Shown one piece after another: positions 19,245 through 29,508 of a stretch of DNA of 64,000 bases (position 1 is the first letter of the stretch; every line of letters starts with the position of its first letter). The position numbers and the translations under genes were made by a program. The DNA is taken from positions 1 through 64,000 of the forward strand of contig CBFIJH010000008.1 of the NCBI GenBank assembly GCA_965662895.1. Direction: 5' to 3'. The notes below the pieces were generated by a model, which worked only from the letters and a program-made list of their open reading frames with translations, searched no databases and was not told the DNA's origin. Source of the stretch: Candidatus Poseidoniaceae archaeon. GTDB taxonomy: Archaea > Thermoplasmatota > Poseidoniia > Poseidoniales > Poseidoniaceae.

Positions 19245-19739
19245 GGAAGACTTCTTTGCCAATTTGGATATAGTTTTTGCATCCTCATCGCTGATCCCTA
19301 AAGCGCTTTGGAATCGCTTCAAGTCCGCCAACTCATCTTCTGTGATGATGCCATCCTCCCACGCATCTTCGTACGCTTTGGTTAGAAATTCCTTGTATGC
19401 ATCAGGATTCAAAAGGACATCTCGAATGAGACCATGATCGACGGAACTACCTGATGATGAAGAAGAACTCAGTTCCATCATTGCTGCAGAGCGTCGCATT
19501 TCTTTCACAGCCATGTCTTTCAGTCCGTGGCCTGCCCACACTGCGCCTGCAGCTACAACTGCAGCAGCAAACCACCGCATCAGATCTGGATCGACCAATT
19601 CTCCTGGTGTAATCAGATGAAAAAGACCGAGTACAGCCATTGCTGCACCACACATAACTTCGAACCAGTCGTTCAAATCTGGTTCATCTGAAAACACTGA
19701 CAGGCGTTGTTCTACGAGGAGTTCGGTCTGTTCGTCCAT
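19233..19739 (-). CDS. 2-TM membrane protein with C-terminal TerB-like helical motif
   Basis: Two TMs; AYEDAWEDGIITEDELADLKRFQSALGISDE. Confidence 0.7.
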   Translation of the reverse strand: MDEQTELLVEQRLSVFSDEPDLNDWFEVMCGAAMAVLGLFHLITPGELVDPDLMRWFAAAVVAAGAVWAGHGLKDMAVKEMRRSAAMMELSSSSSSGSSVDHGLIRDVLLNPDAYKEFLTKAYEDAWEDGIITEDELADLKRFQSALGISDEDAKTISKLAKKSSSEE

Positions 19740-19826
19740 GAACTTCGTATATTGAGGAGGGTCTTAGCGATGTCGGCAGGCAAGTTGAAGCGCATTCCTT
19801 TTCAGCCGTTGGCGTAACCTACGGTT

Positions 19827-22403
19827 ATGGGCGAGGAAGAAAGGTCGATTCAGAACCTTGTTCTGCCCGAGCAAGCCCTCGATTTTTTTTCAAGTCAGTG
19901 GAACATCACGCACCTTCATCCACCCCAGCATGAGGCGATGAAACCTCTGTTTGAAGGAAACAACATATTGCTTGCAATTCCAACTGCATCTGGCAAGTCG
20001 CTTGTTGCTTACATTGCAATTTTACATCAACTTCTTAACCAAAATCCTGGTTCGAGAGCTGTATACATTGTTCCACTCAAGGCACTCGCAAGCGAAAAAT
20101 TCGACGAGTTGAAAGAAATCGGACAACATCTCGGTCTCAACATCGGCCTGGGTATCGGCGATGCGACCTCTGAAGCGAAAAACATCGATGATTGCGACAT
20201 TCTCATTTGTACCTCGGAGAAATTGGATTCACTCATGCGTACTCGTTCTGAGTTGATGAGCAACGTATCGGTTGTTGTTGCCGATGAATTCCACCTCCTC
20301 CATGATGCCTCTCGGGGCCCAACGCTCGAAATCAACTTGACACGGTTGCGAACACTTCGGCCCAGTGCTCAATTAATTGCGCTATCGGCGACAGTGGGGA
20401 ATTGCGATGTTCTTGCGAAATGGCTGGATGCAACCCTCGTTCAATCCGATTGGCGGCCTGTTGACCTTGAGTATGCAACATTGCACGATCGCCATCTTGA
20501 ACCAAGGAAGATTCAGTCTTCATCACTGGATTCCACACAGCCGATTCTATCTCCACCAAGACATCTCGAGGGACCTTTGAGTCACCCTTCTTGGATTGTC
20601 GTCCAAGATGCGATCGAACAGGGCGGTCAAGTCTTGGTTTTTGTCGGCACACGACGAAGTGCACAATCCGAGGCAAAAAAACTGTCAAAACGTGTCCAAA
20701 AACGATTTGCAAACGAGCAGCCTGAACGGTTGATTGAACTTCAACAACTTGCAGAATCGCTTGAAGGTCGAAACCAAACAAGCATGGGGGAACTTCTCGC
20801 TCAATGTGTGCGTGGCGGTGTTGCATTCCATCATGCTGGTTTAACCCACAAGCAACGACAAACCATTGAAACGGGATTCAAAAGCGGAACCATACTTGCA
20901 CTGTGTGCAACACCAACCCTCGCTGCTGGCGTGAATCTTCCTGCCCGCCGGGTTTTGGTCCGCGACATCAAACGTTGGGACGATGGAATGAGTCGACCCC
21001 TTCCAGTTATGGAAGTGCACCAAATGTTGGGTCGAGCAGGGCGGCCGCGTTACGACCCAGTCGGTGAGGCCTGGGTTCTATGCAAAGGTACGGACGGCTG
21101 GCAAGTCGCAGACGAGGTGAGTGAGCGCTACTTTTTCGGTCCAATCGAAGACATTTCCTCAAAACTTTCTGCTGAACCGGCTATGCGGATGCATCTCTTG
21201 TCATGCATTGCGACGGGAGGTTTGCTTCATCGAGATGCGATAGGTTCGTTCTTTGATGCGACCTTCCTTGGCACAACCATGCCCCGAACCCAACTTCAAG
21301 AACGATTGGATTCGATGTTGGATTGGCTGGTTGAGGAACGCTTTTTGCGGCGACTTGGGGTGGATGAGTCGTATGAATTACGCCGACAAGACCGTGCAAT
21401 TGACGATGAGGAAACCTGGGATGACAACATACCAGTATGGGTGAACATTGCTCAAGAATCTAGTGGAGTTTCCTTGAAGGACGAACGAAAACAAATCGTC
21501 AAGTCATCCTCACACAACAAACCATCACTTGGCTTTGTTTCCGCCACATCCTTGAACAACGTGGGCGGTTGGAATGAAACGCTCGGTGAACCACCCTCGA
21601 TGAAGTATGAGGCAACACTGATGGGCGAACGTGTTTCGCAACTCTACCTTGATCCATTGTCAGCCTCCATTTTGCGTACGGGTATGCGGCGCGCAGTCCG
21701 ACGGATGGTTCGTCAAGATGGACCAGTGAGTGATTTTGGTTTGACCCATCTTGCTTGCAGCACACCTGATTTTGCTTCATTGTGGGCAAAGACAGCCGAC
21801 CTTACACTCGGTTCTGATTTGCAACTCAAAGCAGCAGCTGTGGAGGATGAACTTCTGTATGAGATTCCTTACGAAGAACGACATCTGGGCCTCGTTAAAT
21901 CTGCATGGTGCCTCGAACATTGGTTTGAGGAGGAAACGATGAGAGAGATTGAAAAGCAACTTGACGTTTCACCAGGAGACGTTCATCATCGCGTTGATTT
22001 GATGGATTGGTTGTTGTACGCAAGTCGTGAAATTTTATTGACAGACGACGTCTTTGCAGATGAACACATGCCAATTCTTGCTCAACTCTCTTCCAATCTC
22101 GATACGCTTCGACAACGTGTTCGGCACGGTTGCAAACCAGATTTGTTGAAACTGGTCAAGATTCGTCACGTTGGTCGTCAGCGTGCACGTTCTCTTGCTT
22201 CAATTGGAATTCGAACCCCAAAAGATGTGCTAGCGATGACGCGCAAAGATCAACAAACAATAGCATCGTGGAGAGGCTGGGGTCCAAAACTTGTTTCCAA
22301 CATTATGAACGAAGTCAAGAACGTGGTTCAGCGAGAGAAAGGCAACGTCCCGAAAAAGAAACGAAGCGATGATATGCCACTCGATGGCGAGGATTGGGCG
22401 TAG
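19827..22403 (+). CDS. hel308: Ski2-like ATP-dependent DNA helicase Hel308/Hjm
   Basis: PTASGKS, DEFH, LSAT, FHHAGL, TPTLAAGVNLPA, QMLGRAGRP, C-terminal HhH with RAR motif. Confidence 0.92.
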   Translation: MGEEERSIQNLVLPEQALDFFSSQWNITHLHPPQHEAMKPLFEGNNILLAIPTASGKSLVAYIAILHQLLNQNPGSRAVYIVPLKALASEKFDELKEIGQHLGLNIGLGIGDATSEAKNIDDCDILICTSEKLDSLMRTRSELMSNVSVVVADEFHLLHDASRGPTLEINLTRLRTLRPSAQLIALSATVGNCDVLAKWLDATLVQSDWRPVDLEYATLHDRHLEPRKIQSSSLDSTQPILSPPRHLEGPLSHPSWIVVQDAIEQGGQVLVFVGTRRSAQSEAKKLSKRVQKRFANEQPERLIELQQLAESLEGRNQTSMGELLAQCVRGGVAFHHAGLTHKQRQTIETGFKSGTILALCATPTLAAGVNLPARRVLVRDIKRWDDGMSRPLPVMEVHQMLGRAGRPRYDPVGEAWVLCKGTDGWQVADEVSERYFFGPIEDISSKLSAEPAMRMHLLSCIATGGLLHRDAIGSFFDATFLGTTMPRTQLQERLDSMLDWLVEERFLRRLGVDESYELRRQDRAIDDEETWDDNIPVWVNIAQESSGVSLKDERKQIVKSSSHNKPSLGFVSATSLNNVGGWNETLGEPPSMKYEATLMGERVSQLYLDPLSASILRTGMRRAVRRMVRQDGPVSDFGLTHLACSTPDFASLWAKTADLTLGSDLQLKAAAVEDELLYEIPYEERHLGLVKSAWCLEHWFEEETMREIEKQLDVSPGDVHHRVDLMDWLLYASREILLTDDVFADEHMPILAQLSSNLDTLRQRVRHGCKPDLLKLVKIRHVGRQRARSLASIGIRTPKDVLAMTRKDQQTIASWRGWGPKLVSNIMNEVKNVVQREKGNVPKKKRSDDMPLDGEDWA

Positions 22404-22418
22404 ACTTGATGAGCCCCG

Positions 22419-22967
22419 ATGAATCAGGTCAATGCAATGTGGGAGACGTTTCCTTGCTGGTCATGGGAGAGTTCAGAACCACTTGATTTGAAATCCTTCG
22501 TCCAAGCCTTTCAGGACATTGTTCCAAACCAGCGCTGGGTGTTCTGCCGCTCTGATGTCGCACAAACGCCACGACAATTGTGGACGGCAGCAACCGTCAG
22601 CAATCGAAATTCAGAAAGGAAAACAGCCCAAGCAAGAACCCTTGATGCTGAATTTCTCCGTGTCTTAGCAGGAACGCACAATGTTTCTGAAGCATTCAAG
22701 CGTGCAGGCCTGCAAAACAAGGCAACTTCGGGATGGTTGCTCCATATTCCCGAACAAGAAACACCATTGGATTCAGACTCAATAGAAGTCGAAGCCAACA
22801 AACTCCTCAATGATCTTGGACTTACGAGGACATCCGAATCTCTGGAAATCAATCTCCAAGGGGCGAAGAACCTCGGGATTTCGCTTGATGAAAACATCGA
22901 AGCAAGTCGTATTGAAGCATCCTTGATTGGTCATATCCTCTTAGCGGATGTGAGCAATTCTCAGTAG
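22419..22967 (+). CDS. cgi121: KEOPS subunit Cgi121-like
   Basis: ARTLDAEFLRVLAGTHNVSEAFKRAG motif; located downstream of hel308 as is common in Euryarchaeota. Confidence 0.75.
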   Translation: MNQVNAMWETFPCWSWESSEPLDLKSFVQAFQDIVPNQRWVFCRSDVAQTPRQLWTAATVSNRNSERKTAQARTLDAEFLRVLAGTHNVSEAFKRAGLQNKATSGWLLHIPEQETPLDSDSIEVEANKLLNDLGLTRTSESLEINLQGAKNLGISLDENIEASRIEASLIGHILLADVSNSQ

Positions 22968-22969
22968 AA

Positions 22970-23305
22970 TCAACCCGAATTCCGTGATTTCACCCAAGCG
23001 TAAAAGGAATGCATGATTGGACTGAGCTGTTTTCCATAATCAGAAATCGCGTATTCATACGTTTTCGATTCATCGCTTGTTTTGGTACGCTCGACGAGAT
23101 CAAAGTCAATCAGCTCACTCAGTCGGCGAGAAACCGTCGTTGAGGATGCATCGACTCGATCTTTGATTTCAGAGAAGCGCAGTGACCGGTTTTTTTGATC
23201 CAGGACCATCAGAATGTGCAACGATTTGGACTTCGTCAACAATTCAAGAAGCGCATCGACTTGCCCATAAAGAGGGTCGCAGTTCGGATTGGAATCCCCG
23301 GTCAC
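22970..23305 (-). CDS. HxlR/DUF24 family winged-helix transcriptional regulator (GTG start inferred)
   Basis: LRFSEIK...STTVSRRLSELI...YEYAISDYGKQLSPI; N-terminal Cys. Confidence 0.85.
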   Translation of the reverse strand: MTGDSNPNCDPLYGQVDALLELLTKSKSLHILMVLDQKNRSLRFSEIKDRVDASSTTVSRRLSELIDFDLVERTKTSDESKTYEYAISDYGKQLSPIMHSFYAWVKSRNSG

Positions 23306-23341
23306 GAACCAGTTTACGAAATAGGATGTTCTTAATTCAAA

Positions 23342-23359
23342 GGTTACAGTATTGATACC
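23342..23359. promoter_or_regulatory. Imperfect palindrome, candidate HxlR-family operator
   Basis: GGTTAC-N6-GATACC in the divergent hxlR/tldD intergenic region. Confidence 0.35.
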
Positions 23360-23457
23360 AAATAGTTCCATCTTTGGTACAGATTATTTCTTCTAGAAAC
23401 ATATCGTATATTTTTGTTCATCAAAGAGTTCAAACACTACCTACCTTATGCAAAGGC

Positions 23458-24897
23458 ATGGTCATCCAATCTCACAATGCACCGGACCACGGTCGGTCGA
23501 CCAAATACCTCAACCGCACTCGAATGAACAATGCCCTTGACCAGGCCATGGACTTCGGTGCAACCTATGCAGAAATCCGTTTGATGGCCGAGACAACCTC
23601 CTCCGTTCGACTGAAGGATGGCCAGTTGGAACATGCAATTCCTGGCCAGGAGATTGGAGCAACCTTGCGTATCCTTGCCGATGGGGCATGGGGTGTTCAT
23701 TCCACCACAGACATTTCCAACATTCCAAATGAAATTGAATCCACAGTCAAACTTGCTCGGGCTGTTGCTGCTCGACGACCAAGCGGTTCGAAACCGATTC
23801 AACTCGCTGAGATCCCTGTTCTTCAAGACGAAATTCACTGGCGCCCGAAGAAGGATGTCCGAAACACGGATCTTCAGACAAAATTGGACATGCTTCAAAC
23901 CATCCATGCGTCTGCAGATGATGACGACCGAATTATCTCAGTTGCATGTGGCTGGTCCGATGAACACCTTCACACTGAATTGTTAACAACAGAAGGTATG
24001 GATCGGACCTGGTCCTTCCAACGCTCGATGGTCAACGGTATGGTTACGGCTCGAGATGGTGGCGATCCTGTGTCCTATAGAATGCGCCATGGAGGCGAAG
24101 GCGGACTCGAGTTAATCGAAGCCTGCGACCTTGGCGGTCTCGGTGAACATGCACGAATCTCTGCACTACGATTACTGAAAGCAGGACGTGCTCCAAGCGG
24201 AAAACTTCCTCTCATTGCTGACCGCGATTTGACGGGTGTCTACATCCACGAAGCACTTGGACATCCTTGCGAAGCAGATCTCGTTGCTGCTGGTGATTCC
24301 TGTCTCGATGGAAAACTTGGCCAGAAGATTGGCAACGATATCGTAACCGTCGTCGATGACCCTACCATGCGAGGAGGTTATGGCGCTTACCCAATCGATG
24401 ACGAAGGCCTCGACGTGCGTGAAAAGACACTCATAAAGAACGGTATCCTTACGGATTACCTCAATCATCGAGAAACCGCACACCACTTTGGTATCGAGCC
24501 AAACGCGGGAGCGCGTGCCCAGGACGGTTTGCATCACCCACTTGTCCGAATGTCGAACACCATGATCATGGGTGGCTCTTACACAGATATCGATGAACTT
24601 GCAGAAGACATCCAGTACGGTGTTTACGCTTGTGGTTCACGTGGTGGACAAGTCGATACGGGCCGAGGTTCGTTCCAATTCGCTGCACAGGAAGCATATC
24701 TTATCGAGAATGGAGAAATTACAACACCACTTCGCGATGTGAGTGTGAGTGGCCTCACCTTGCAAATCCTCAACGATGTTGATGGATTGACCAAGGATGC
24801 AAAACTTGCAAGCCCTGGCTTTTGTGGAAAAGGCCAAACTGTTCCGGTCGGTGACGGTGGCCCAATCATGCGTATTCGTGAAGCATTGGTGGGATGA
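23458..24897 (+). CDS. tldD: TldD metalloprotease
   Basis: HEALGHPCEAD, DDPT..GGYG.Y..DDEG, VRMSNT, CGKGQ.VPVGDGGP. Confidence 0.93.
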   Translation: MVIQSHNAPDHGRSTKYLNRTRMNNALDQAMDFGATYAEIRLMAETTSSVRLKDGQLEHAIPGQEIGATLRILADGAWGVHSTTDISNIPNEIESTVKLARAVAARRPSGSKPIQLAEIPVLQDEIHWRPKKDVRNTDLQTKLDMLQTIHASADDDDRIISVACGWSDEHLHTELLTTEGMDRTWSFQRSMVNGMVTARDGGDPVSYRMRHGGEGGLELIEACDLGGLGEHARISALRLLKAGRAPSGKLPLIADRDLTGVYIHEALGHPCEADLVAAGDSCLDGKLGQKIGNDIVTVVDDPTMRGGYGAYPIDDEGLDVREKTLIKNGILTDYLNHRETAHHFGIEPNAGARAQDGLHHPLVRMSNTMIMGGSYTDIDELAEDIQYGVYACGSRGGQVDTGRGSFQFAAQEAYLIENGEITTPLRDVSVSGLTLQILNDVDGLTKDAKLASPGFCGKGQTVPVGDGGPIMRIREALVG

Positions 24898-24900
24898 AGA

Positions 24901-26304
24901 ATGATTCCAGGCGATGCTCTCGATCGGCTTCTCGAGGGATGTCAATCCATAGCAAAGCAGTGCAACAGTCAAGGCATTCAAGAGTGGGAAATCGTTGCAT
25001 CGCAAGGCTATGGACGTTCCTTGGATATTGAAGCAGGTCGAATTTCTCTCGCATCTGGGGGAGGCGAGGGAGGATTTGGTGTTCGCGTCGTACAGGACGG
25101 TCGTTATGGCTATGCGCATCTCGTCGATCCAAGCGGCGCAGAACATGCTGTTTCTGAAGCCCTTTCCATTGCGAAAGCAAGCCCAAAAATCGAAGGTTTT
25201 TGTCTCCCAAATGCATCGGATGCGGAACCGGTGGAAGGTCTGCGTGATGATGCAATTCTCAACCTCACTGCAGAAGATTTGCTCTTACAAGGCGATGACA
25301 TCATCTCTGAAGTTGCTTCACTCGACGAGCGAGCCGTTGTCATTGGAGGCGGGGTCGGTATTGGTGCTGAAGCGAATGTTATGCTCACCAGTGAAGGTGT
25401 TGAAGCCACTGGAATCACCACATCCCACGGTCTTGGTGTTCAAGTTTCAATCGAGGAAAATGGGCAAATGACAAGCTCCTGGGAGAGTTGTTCATCTCGC
25501 AAATTAATGGAAGGTATACCGCCTTGTGTGCCGGTGGCTGTCGAGTGGGCTCAGAAAACACGAGATCCCATTTCTGTTGAAACACAACCCGTTGATGCAC
25601 CTGTTTTGATGACGCCGCAGGGAATTAGCTCACTGTTTTCAAACATCATTCGACCTTCGATTTTGGGAGAAAGAATGGTTCGAAAGGAATCGTATTGGTC
25701 GGAGAAAATGAACGATATCGTCCTTGACCCCCATCTTTCTATGCTCGATAATCGAAGGATGGAAGGTGGCTTTGCATCATCCTCTCGAGATGGAGAAGGG
25801 GTGCCAACGTCATGCCACACCATCGTAGAAAACGGTGTGCTCAGGAAGATGATTTGGTCAACACGAGATGCTGCAAAGAATGTCGCTGAAGGCCGCATCG
25901 ACGAGGCAATGACAACGGGTTCGGCATCTCGAGGAAGCCACATGTCCCCTCCAACAACCGGATGCGGTGATGTACAACTTCGCACATCCAAGAAACCTCA
26001 ATCGAGAGATGAATTAGTTGAAACAATGGATGAAGGCTACATCGTCCACAGTGTGATGGGCGCACACACAGCAAACCCGACCAGTGGCGATTTTTCGGTG
26101 ACGACGAGCACCATCCTCCGTGTTGAGGACGGAGAGATTACGGGGGCTCTGAAGCAAGCCGGCGTCTCTGGAAATCTGTTCAAGGCAATCGCAAAAAATG
26201 TTCACCTTGGTATGCAATCAACATCTGGTGGCGTCTCAAGCACTGGCAGCAACCACCTTTCTGACATCCTTTTCACACAAGGTATGCGAATCAATCCTGC
26301 CTGA
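24901..26304 (+). CDS. pmbA: TldE/PmbA family protein
   Basis: Follows tldD; DGEGVP, MGAHTANPTSGDFS; lacks HExxxH. Confidence 0.88.
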   Translation: MIPGDALDRLLEGCQSIAKQCNSQGIQEWEIVASQGYGRSLDIEAGRISLASGGGEGGFGVRVVQDGRYGYAHLVDPSGAEHAVSEALSIAKASPKIEGFCLPNASDAEPVEGLRDDAILNLTAEDLLLQGDDIISEVASLDERAVVIGGGVGIGAEANVMLTSEGVEATGITTSHGLGVQVSIEENGQMTSSWESCSSRKLMEGIPPCVPVAVEWAQKTRDPISVETQPVDAPVLMTPQGISSLFSNIIRPSILGERMVRKESYWSEKMNDIVLDPHLSMLDNRRMEGGFASSSRDGEGVPTSCHTIVENGVLRKMIWSTRDAAKNVAEGRIDEAMTTGSASRGSHMSPPTTGCGDVQLRTSKKPQSRDELVETMDEGYIVHSVMGAHTANPTSGDFSVTTSTILRVEDGEITGALKQAGVSGNLFKAIAKNVHLGMQSTSGGVSSTGSNHLSDILFTQGMRINPA

Positions 26305-26458
26305 GGTCAAGAGGGTATTGTTTATCACCCCTCGTCATTCTTGTACAGACCCATGGAGGTCATGGGAGTGTATCGTCTTCACCAATCCGCACAAAAGCCC
26401 GTCGCCTGTTCTCCGCGCAGGCTCAATCGAATCAAAACGCCTGGCGGAGGTGAAACGC

Positions 26459-28159
26459 ATGAGCGATGATGGCGACCGTTACAACGATCACATTTCCGCA
26501 GTGTTGCAGGAATGCCCCGGTGCCGACCGTGAGGCTGTGAAATCAGCTTTCCAAAAGTACGAGGAAGAATTCTTCATTCCTCCACAAGATGCAATACGCT
26601 CCATTGTTCGAAGATTTAAGAGTGAGGATGATGCAACAACCTCTTCAAAACCGAGTTCTGGTCAATCAAATCGAACAACAAAGAAAGTCAACCGATTATC
26701 CGAACTTAAAGCAGACGATCGTGACATTGAAATCGAAGTTGAAATTGTTTCTCACAATGTACGCGAGCAAATGATTCGAGGTGAATCAAAATCCATTGCA
26801 TTTGGCTTGCTCGAGGACGACCCTTGGCAGGAGGGAAACGAAGAACGGACAAGATGGGAGTACAAAGACTGGGGCAACAACAGCAACATGACACCGGGTT
26901 CCGTGGTTCGTATTGAGGGAGCATCGGTCAATGAATATCAAGGTCGAATGTCCTTGAACATCAACCAATCATCCCGAATAGCAGTCCTACGAGAAGGAAC
27001 GCGTCCTGTCGTTGAACCCGGCGAACCAATCGACATTTCAGCTCTTCCAGGAGACGGATATGTGTGCGTTGTCGGGCGATTAATGTCCTCCCGAGCAGAC
27101 CAGATACACCGACGTGATGGAAGCGGAAGTATCGATGTAGTTCGCGGCAGAATTGCTGATGAATCGGGAGCAATTGGATTCCTTTCTTGGGAACCCTTTG
27201 ATTACGAAATTGGCTCATTGCTAAAAATCGATGGTGCGCAAGTCAAAACATTCCGAGATACTCCGGAATTGAATTTTGGAAGAACCACAAAAATTGAACC
27301 TTACCATGATTCAAATTTCGCCAATGTAGATGCACTGAAAGAAGGACTGGTGTCAACCATTAGCACATTGCGAGATGGTTCAAAGGACGTAGAAATCGTG
27401 GTGAACATTACATCTTGGGAGAAAAGAACCTTCACAAAAGATGGTGAAGAACGCTACCTTTGGTCTGGACAGATTGCAGATCCTACAGGGCAATGCCGTG
27501 TAAGCGCCTGGACGGATTTACCCATTGATGATTCAGCACTACCTTTGACGGTTCGAATTACGGATGCTCGCGTTCGAGCATGGCAGGGGATTCCAGACAT
27601 CACCATCGACCGTGATGATCAGTTAACCATTCTCGAAGAAACGCCATGGGAGGGAGAACTCGACCTTGAGAATCTCAAGATTGAAGTTGGATTACGAGAG
27701 TTGGTCAACGGCCCCAGTCGCGTTGGAATCGCAACGAGAGGAACGATTGTTTCCGTCCGCGAGGATTCAGGGATTATCATGCGTTGCCCTGAATGCCGAC
27801 GCGTCTTGCGAGAAGGACAATGTTTTGACCATGGTGTGGTCAATGGAAACGAAGATGTTCGCCTTCGATTGGTTCTCGATGAAGATGCAGCAACATGCGC
27901 ACTACTGGTGTCAAAAGACGCTGCATTGGCGCTTCTCGAAACGGATTATGCAGCCATGAGCGATGAAATACAAGCCAATGGATCGATGGCGTATGTCCAA
28001 AACATTCGTGACAAACTACTCGGGTGTCAACTCGACGTCACAGGCCGAATCATCAACGATGGCCAGGGGGCCATGATTTTGTGCGATGGAGCCACTTTTG
28101 TGGAATCTGACCCCGGTTTGATAGCGACTGAATTACGTGCACAATGGGGGTTGCAGTGA
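26459..28159 (+). CDS. Replication protein A large subunit (multiple OB folds + Zn finger)
   Basis: OB motifs IADESGAIGFLSW and IADPTGQCRVSAW; CPECRRVL...CFDHG; SD GGAGGTGA before ATG 26459. Confidence 0.85.
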   Translation: MSDDGDRYNDHISAVLQECPGADREAVKSAFQKYEEEFFIPPQDAIRSIVRRFKSEDDATTSSKPSSGQSNRTTKKVNRLSELKADDRDIEIEVEIVSHNVREQMIRGESKSIAFGLLEDDPWQEGNEERTRWEYKDWGNNSNMTPGSVVRIEGASVNEYQGRMSLNINQSSRIAVLREGTRPVVEPGEPIDISALPGDGYVCVVGRLMSSRADQIHRRDGSGSIDVVRGRIADESGAIGFLSWEPFDYEIGSLLKIDGAQVKTFRDTPELNFGRTTKIEPYHDSNFANVDALKEGLVSTISTLRDGSKDVEIVVNITSWEKRTFTKDGEERYLWSGQIADPTGQCRVSAWTDLPIDDSALPLTVRITDARVRAWQGIPDITIDRDDQLTILEETPWEGELDLENLKIEVGLRELVNGPSRVGIATRGTIVSVREDSGIIMRCPECRRVLREGQCFDHGVVNGNEDVRLRLVLDEDAATCALLVSKDAALALLETDYAAMSDEIQANGSMAYVQNIRDKLLGCQLDVTGRIINDGQGAMILCDGATFVESDPGLIATELRAQWGLQ

Positions 28160-29085
28160 TGACCCCCTCGCGACAAATCCAACGTCAACCTTCATGGGTT
28201 ATGCTTGCCTCTGAGTTCGGGGAATCAACACTTCACGAGAAAGGTTCTGGCGAATTTGACCCGACGTTCGTGATTACAAAACTCGGAGCAAAAGTCAATC
28301 GAGTCGTAGTTTCCGGTCTTGTCGAACGTCTCGAATTACGTGAAACAAGCAACGGTTCACAAATGTACCAAGGTCAAGTTCGAGACCCATCAGGCCTTCA
28401 TTACTTCTCAGTCGGGGAATACGCATCGGAATCCATGCGTGAGTTCGTGGTCCAACTTCTCGAGAAAGTTGATTCAGGAGAACCAATCCTTCTCAGCATG
28501 ACAGCAAAAGCACGATGGTATCAAACGGATGAAGGTGCAGTATACACCTCTCTGCGCCCCGAAGAAGCGGCTGTTGTAACTCGTGAACGGTACGCCTCTT
28601 GGCTTGTGCGTGCGTGTGCAGCAACGCTTGATCGTCTCGACCAACATCAAAAATCATTGAATTGTGAGCCAACCAAAGAAAGTATGCTTGCAGCAGGGAT
28701 TCGAGAAGAAATGACGGATGGCCTTCTTGCTGCAAATGCCCATTATGGCCAAATCGATACAGAGGGATTCCGCCTCAACGTTATGCAAGCACTCGACATC
28801 GCTGAAGGTAAAATGGCTGCAGCTACAACTGCACCTCCGGTTCTCAACCTCACCGAATCACAGACGGATGAAGAAGCAAGCGAAGGTGGCGACGATCTGC
28901 AAGCTGTAATCCTCGAATGCATTCAAGCAATGGACAATGGAGAAGGCGTCGATTTCGAATCCTTGGTTCGGAATTTGTCGGCTCGCGGATTCACACGCGA
29001 GCAATCTGAAACACAGCTCGACACCATGAGTGATGAGGGATTGTTGCATGAACCCCGGTTTGGATGGTTCAAGATTGTTGAATGA
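28159..29085 (+). CDS. RPA-associated/RPA32-like protein (OB fold + C-terminal winged helix)
   Basis: TKLGAKVNRVVVSG, RDPSG, SLRPE; C-terminal EGLLHEPRFG; TGATG overlap with upstream gene. Confidence 0.85.
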   Translation: MTPSRQIQRQPSWVMLASEFGESTLHEKGSGEFDPTFVITKLGAKVNRVVVSGLVERLELRETSNGSQMYQGQVRDPSGLHYFSVGEYASESMREFVVQLLEKVDSGEPILLSMTAKARWYQTDEGAVYTSLRPEEAAVVTRERYASWLVRACAATLDRLDQHQKSLNCEPTKESMLAAGIREEMTDGLLAANAHYGQIDTEGFRLNVMQALDIAEGKMAAATTAPPVLNLTESQTDEEASEGGDDLQAVILECIQAMDNGEGVDFESLVRNLSARGFTREQSETQLDTMSDEGLLHEPRFGWFKIVE

Positions 29086-29143
29086 ACATATTGTTCCATT
29101 ACATTCAAATCTTGCCTTCACCCTCAAGTAGTCAGGGGTCAAC

Positions 29144-29497
29144 ATGGCAGGCATGGATTTCTTCATTCGACCGGCAACAGGAACTGGTTCTGCAGATTGG
29201 ATTCGTATTCCAAATGCAGACATTGACGTGAAGATTGCCAGGCGGTTAACACGGACGATTATTCGTGGGGGAGAAGGTGACAATCTGCATGATGAAGGTG
29301 CTGAATCAACCATTTACACCGTTCGTGGTATTCTCTCCATCGATGATTACAAGAAAATTCTGAAGATGTTTCGAACCGGCCAACCATTCATTCATGACCC
29401 ATTTGAAGAGCGGGATGTCAAGGTCATCTTTGCTACGCTTGAATATGAGGGATCAACTGAAAAATTCACCTTCGAACTGATTGAAGATGTGATCTGA
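29144..29497 (+). CDS. Small soluble protein resembling phage tail-tube/DNA-circularisation N-terminal domain
   Basis: Pattern RRLTRTIIRGGEGDNLHDEG...YTVRG...DDY...IHDPF...FTFELIE; no signal peptide. Confidence 0.5.
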   Translation: MAGMDFFIRPATGTGSADWIRIPNADIDVKIARRLTRTIIRGGEGDNLHDEGAESTIYTVRGILSIDDYKKILKMFRTGQPFIHDPFEERDVKVIFATLEYEGSTEKFTFELIEDVI

Positions 29498-29508
29498 GGT
29501 GAATAAAC

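Noticed and set aside
26198-26458. 87-aa N-terminal extension of RPA, and short hairpins in this gap
   Set aside because: The extension overlaps pmbA and a strong SD precedes ATG 26459; the hairpins are only 5-6 bp and could be chance.
29144-29497. Prophage suggested by the tail-like gene
   Set aside because: No capsid, terminase, portal, sheath, tape-measure or integrase genes; the flanks are housekeeping genes.
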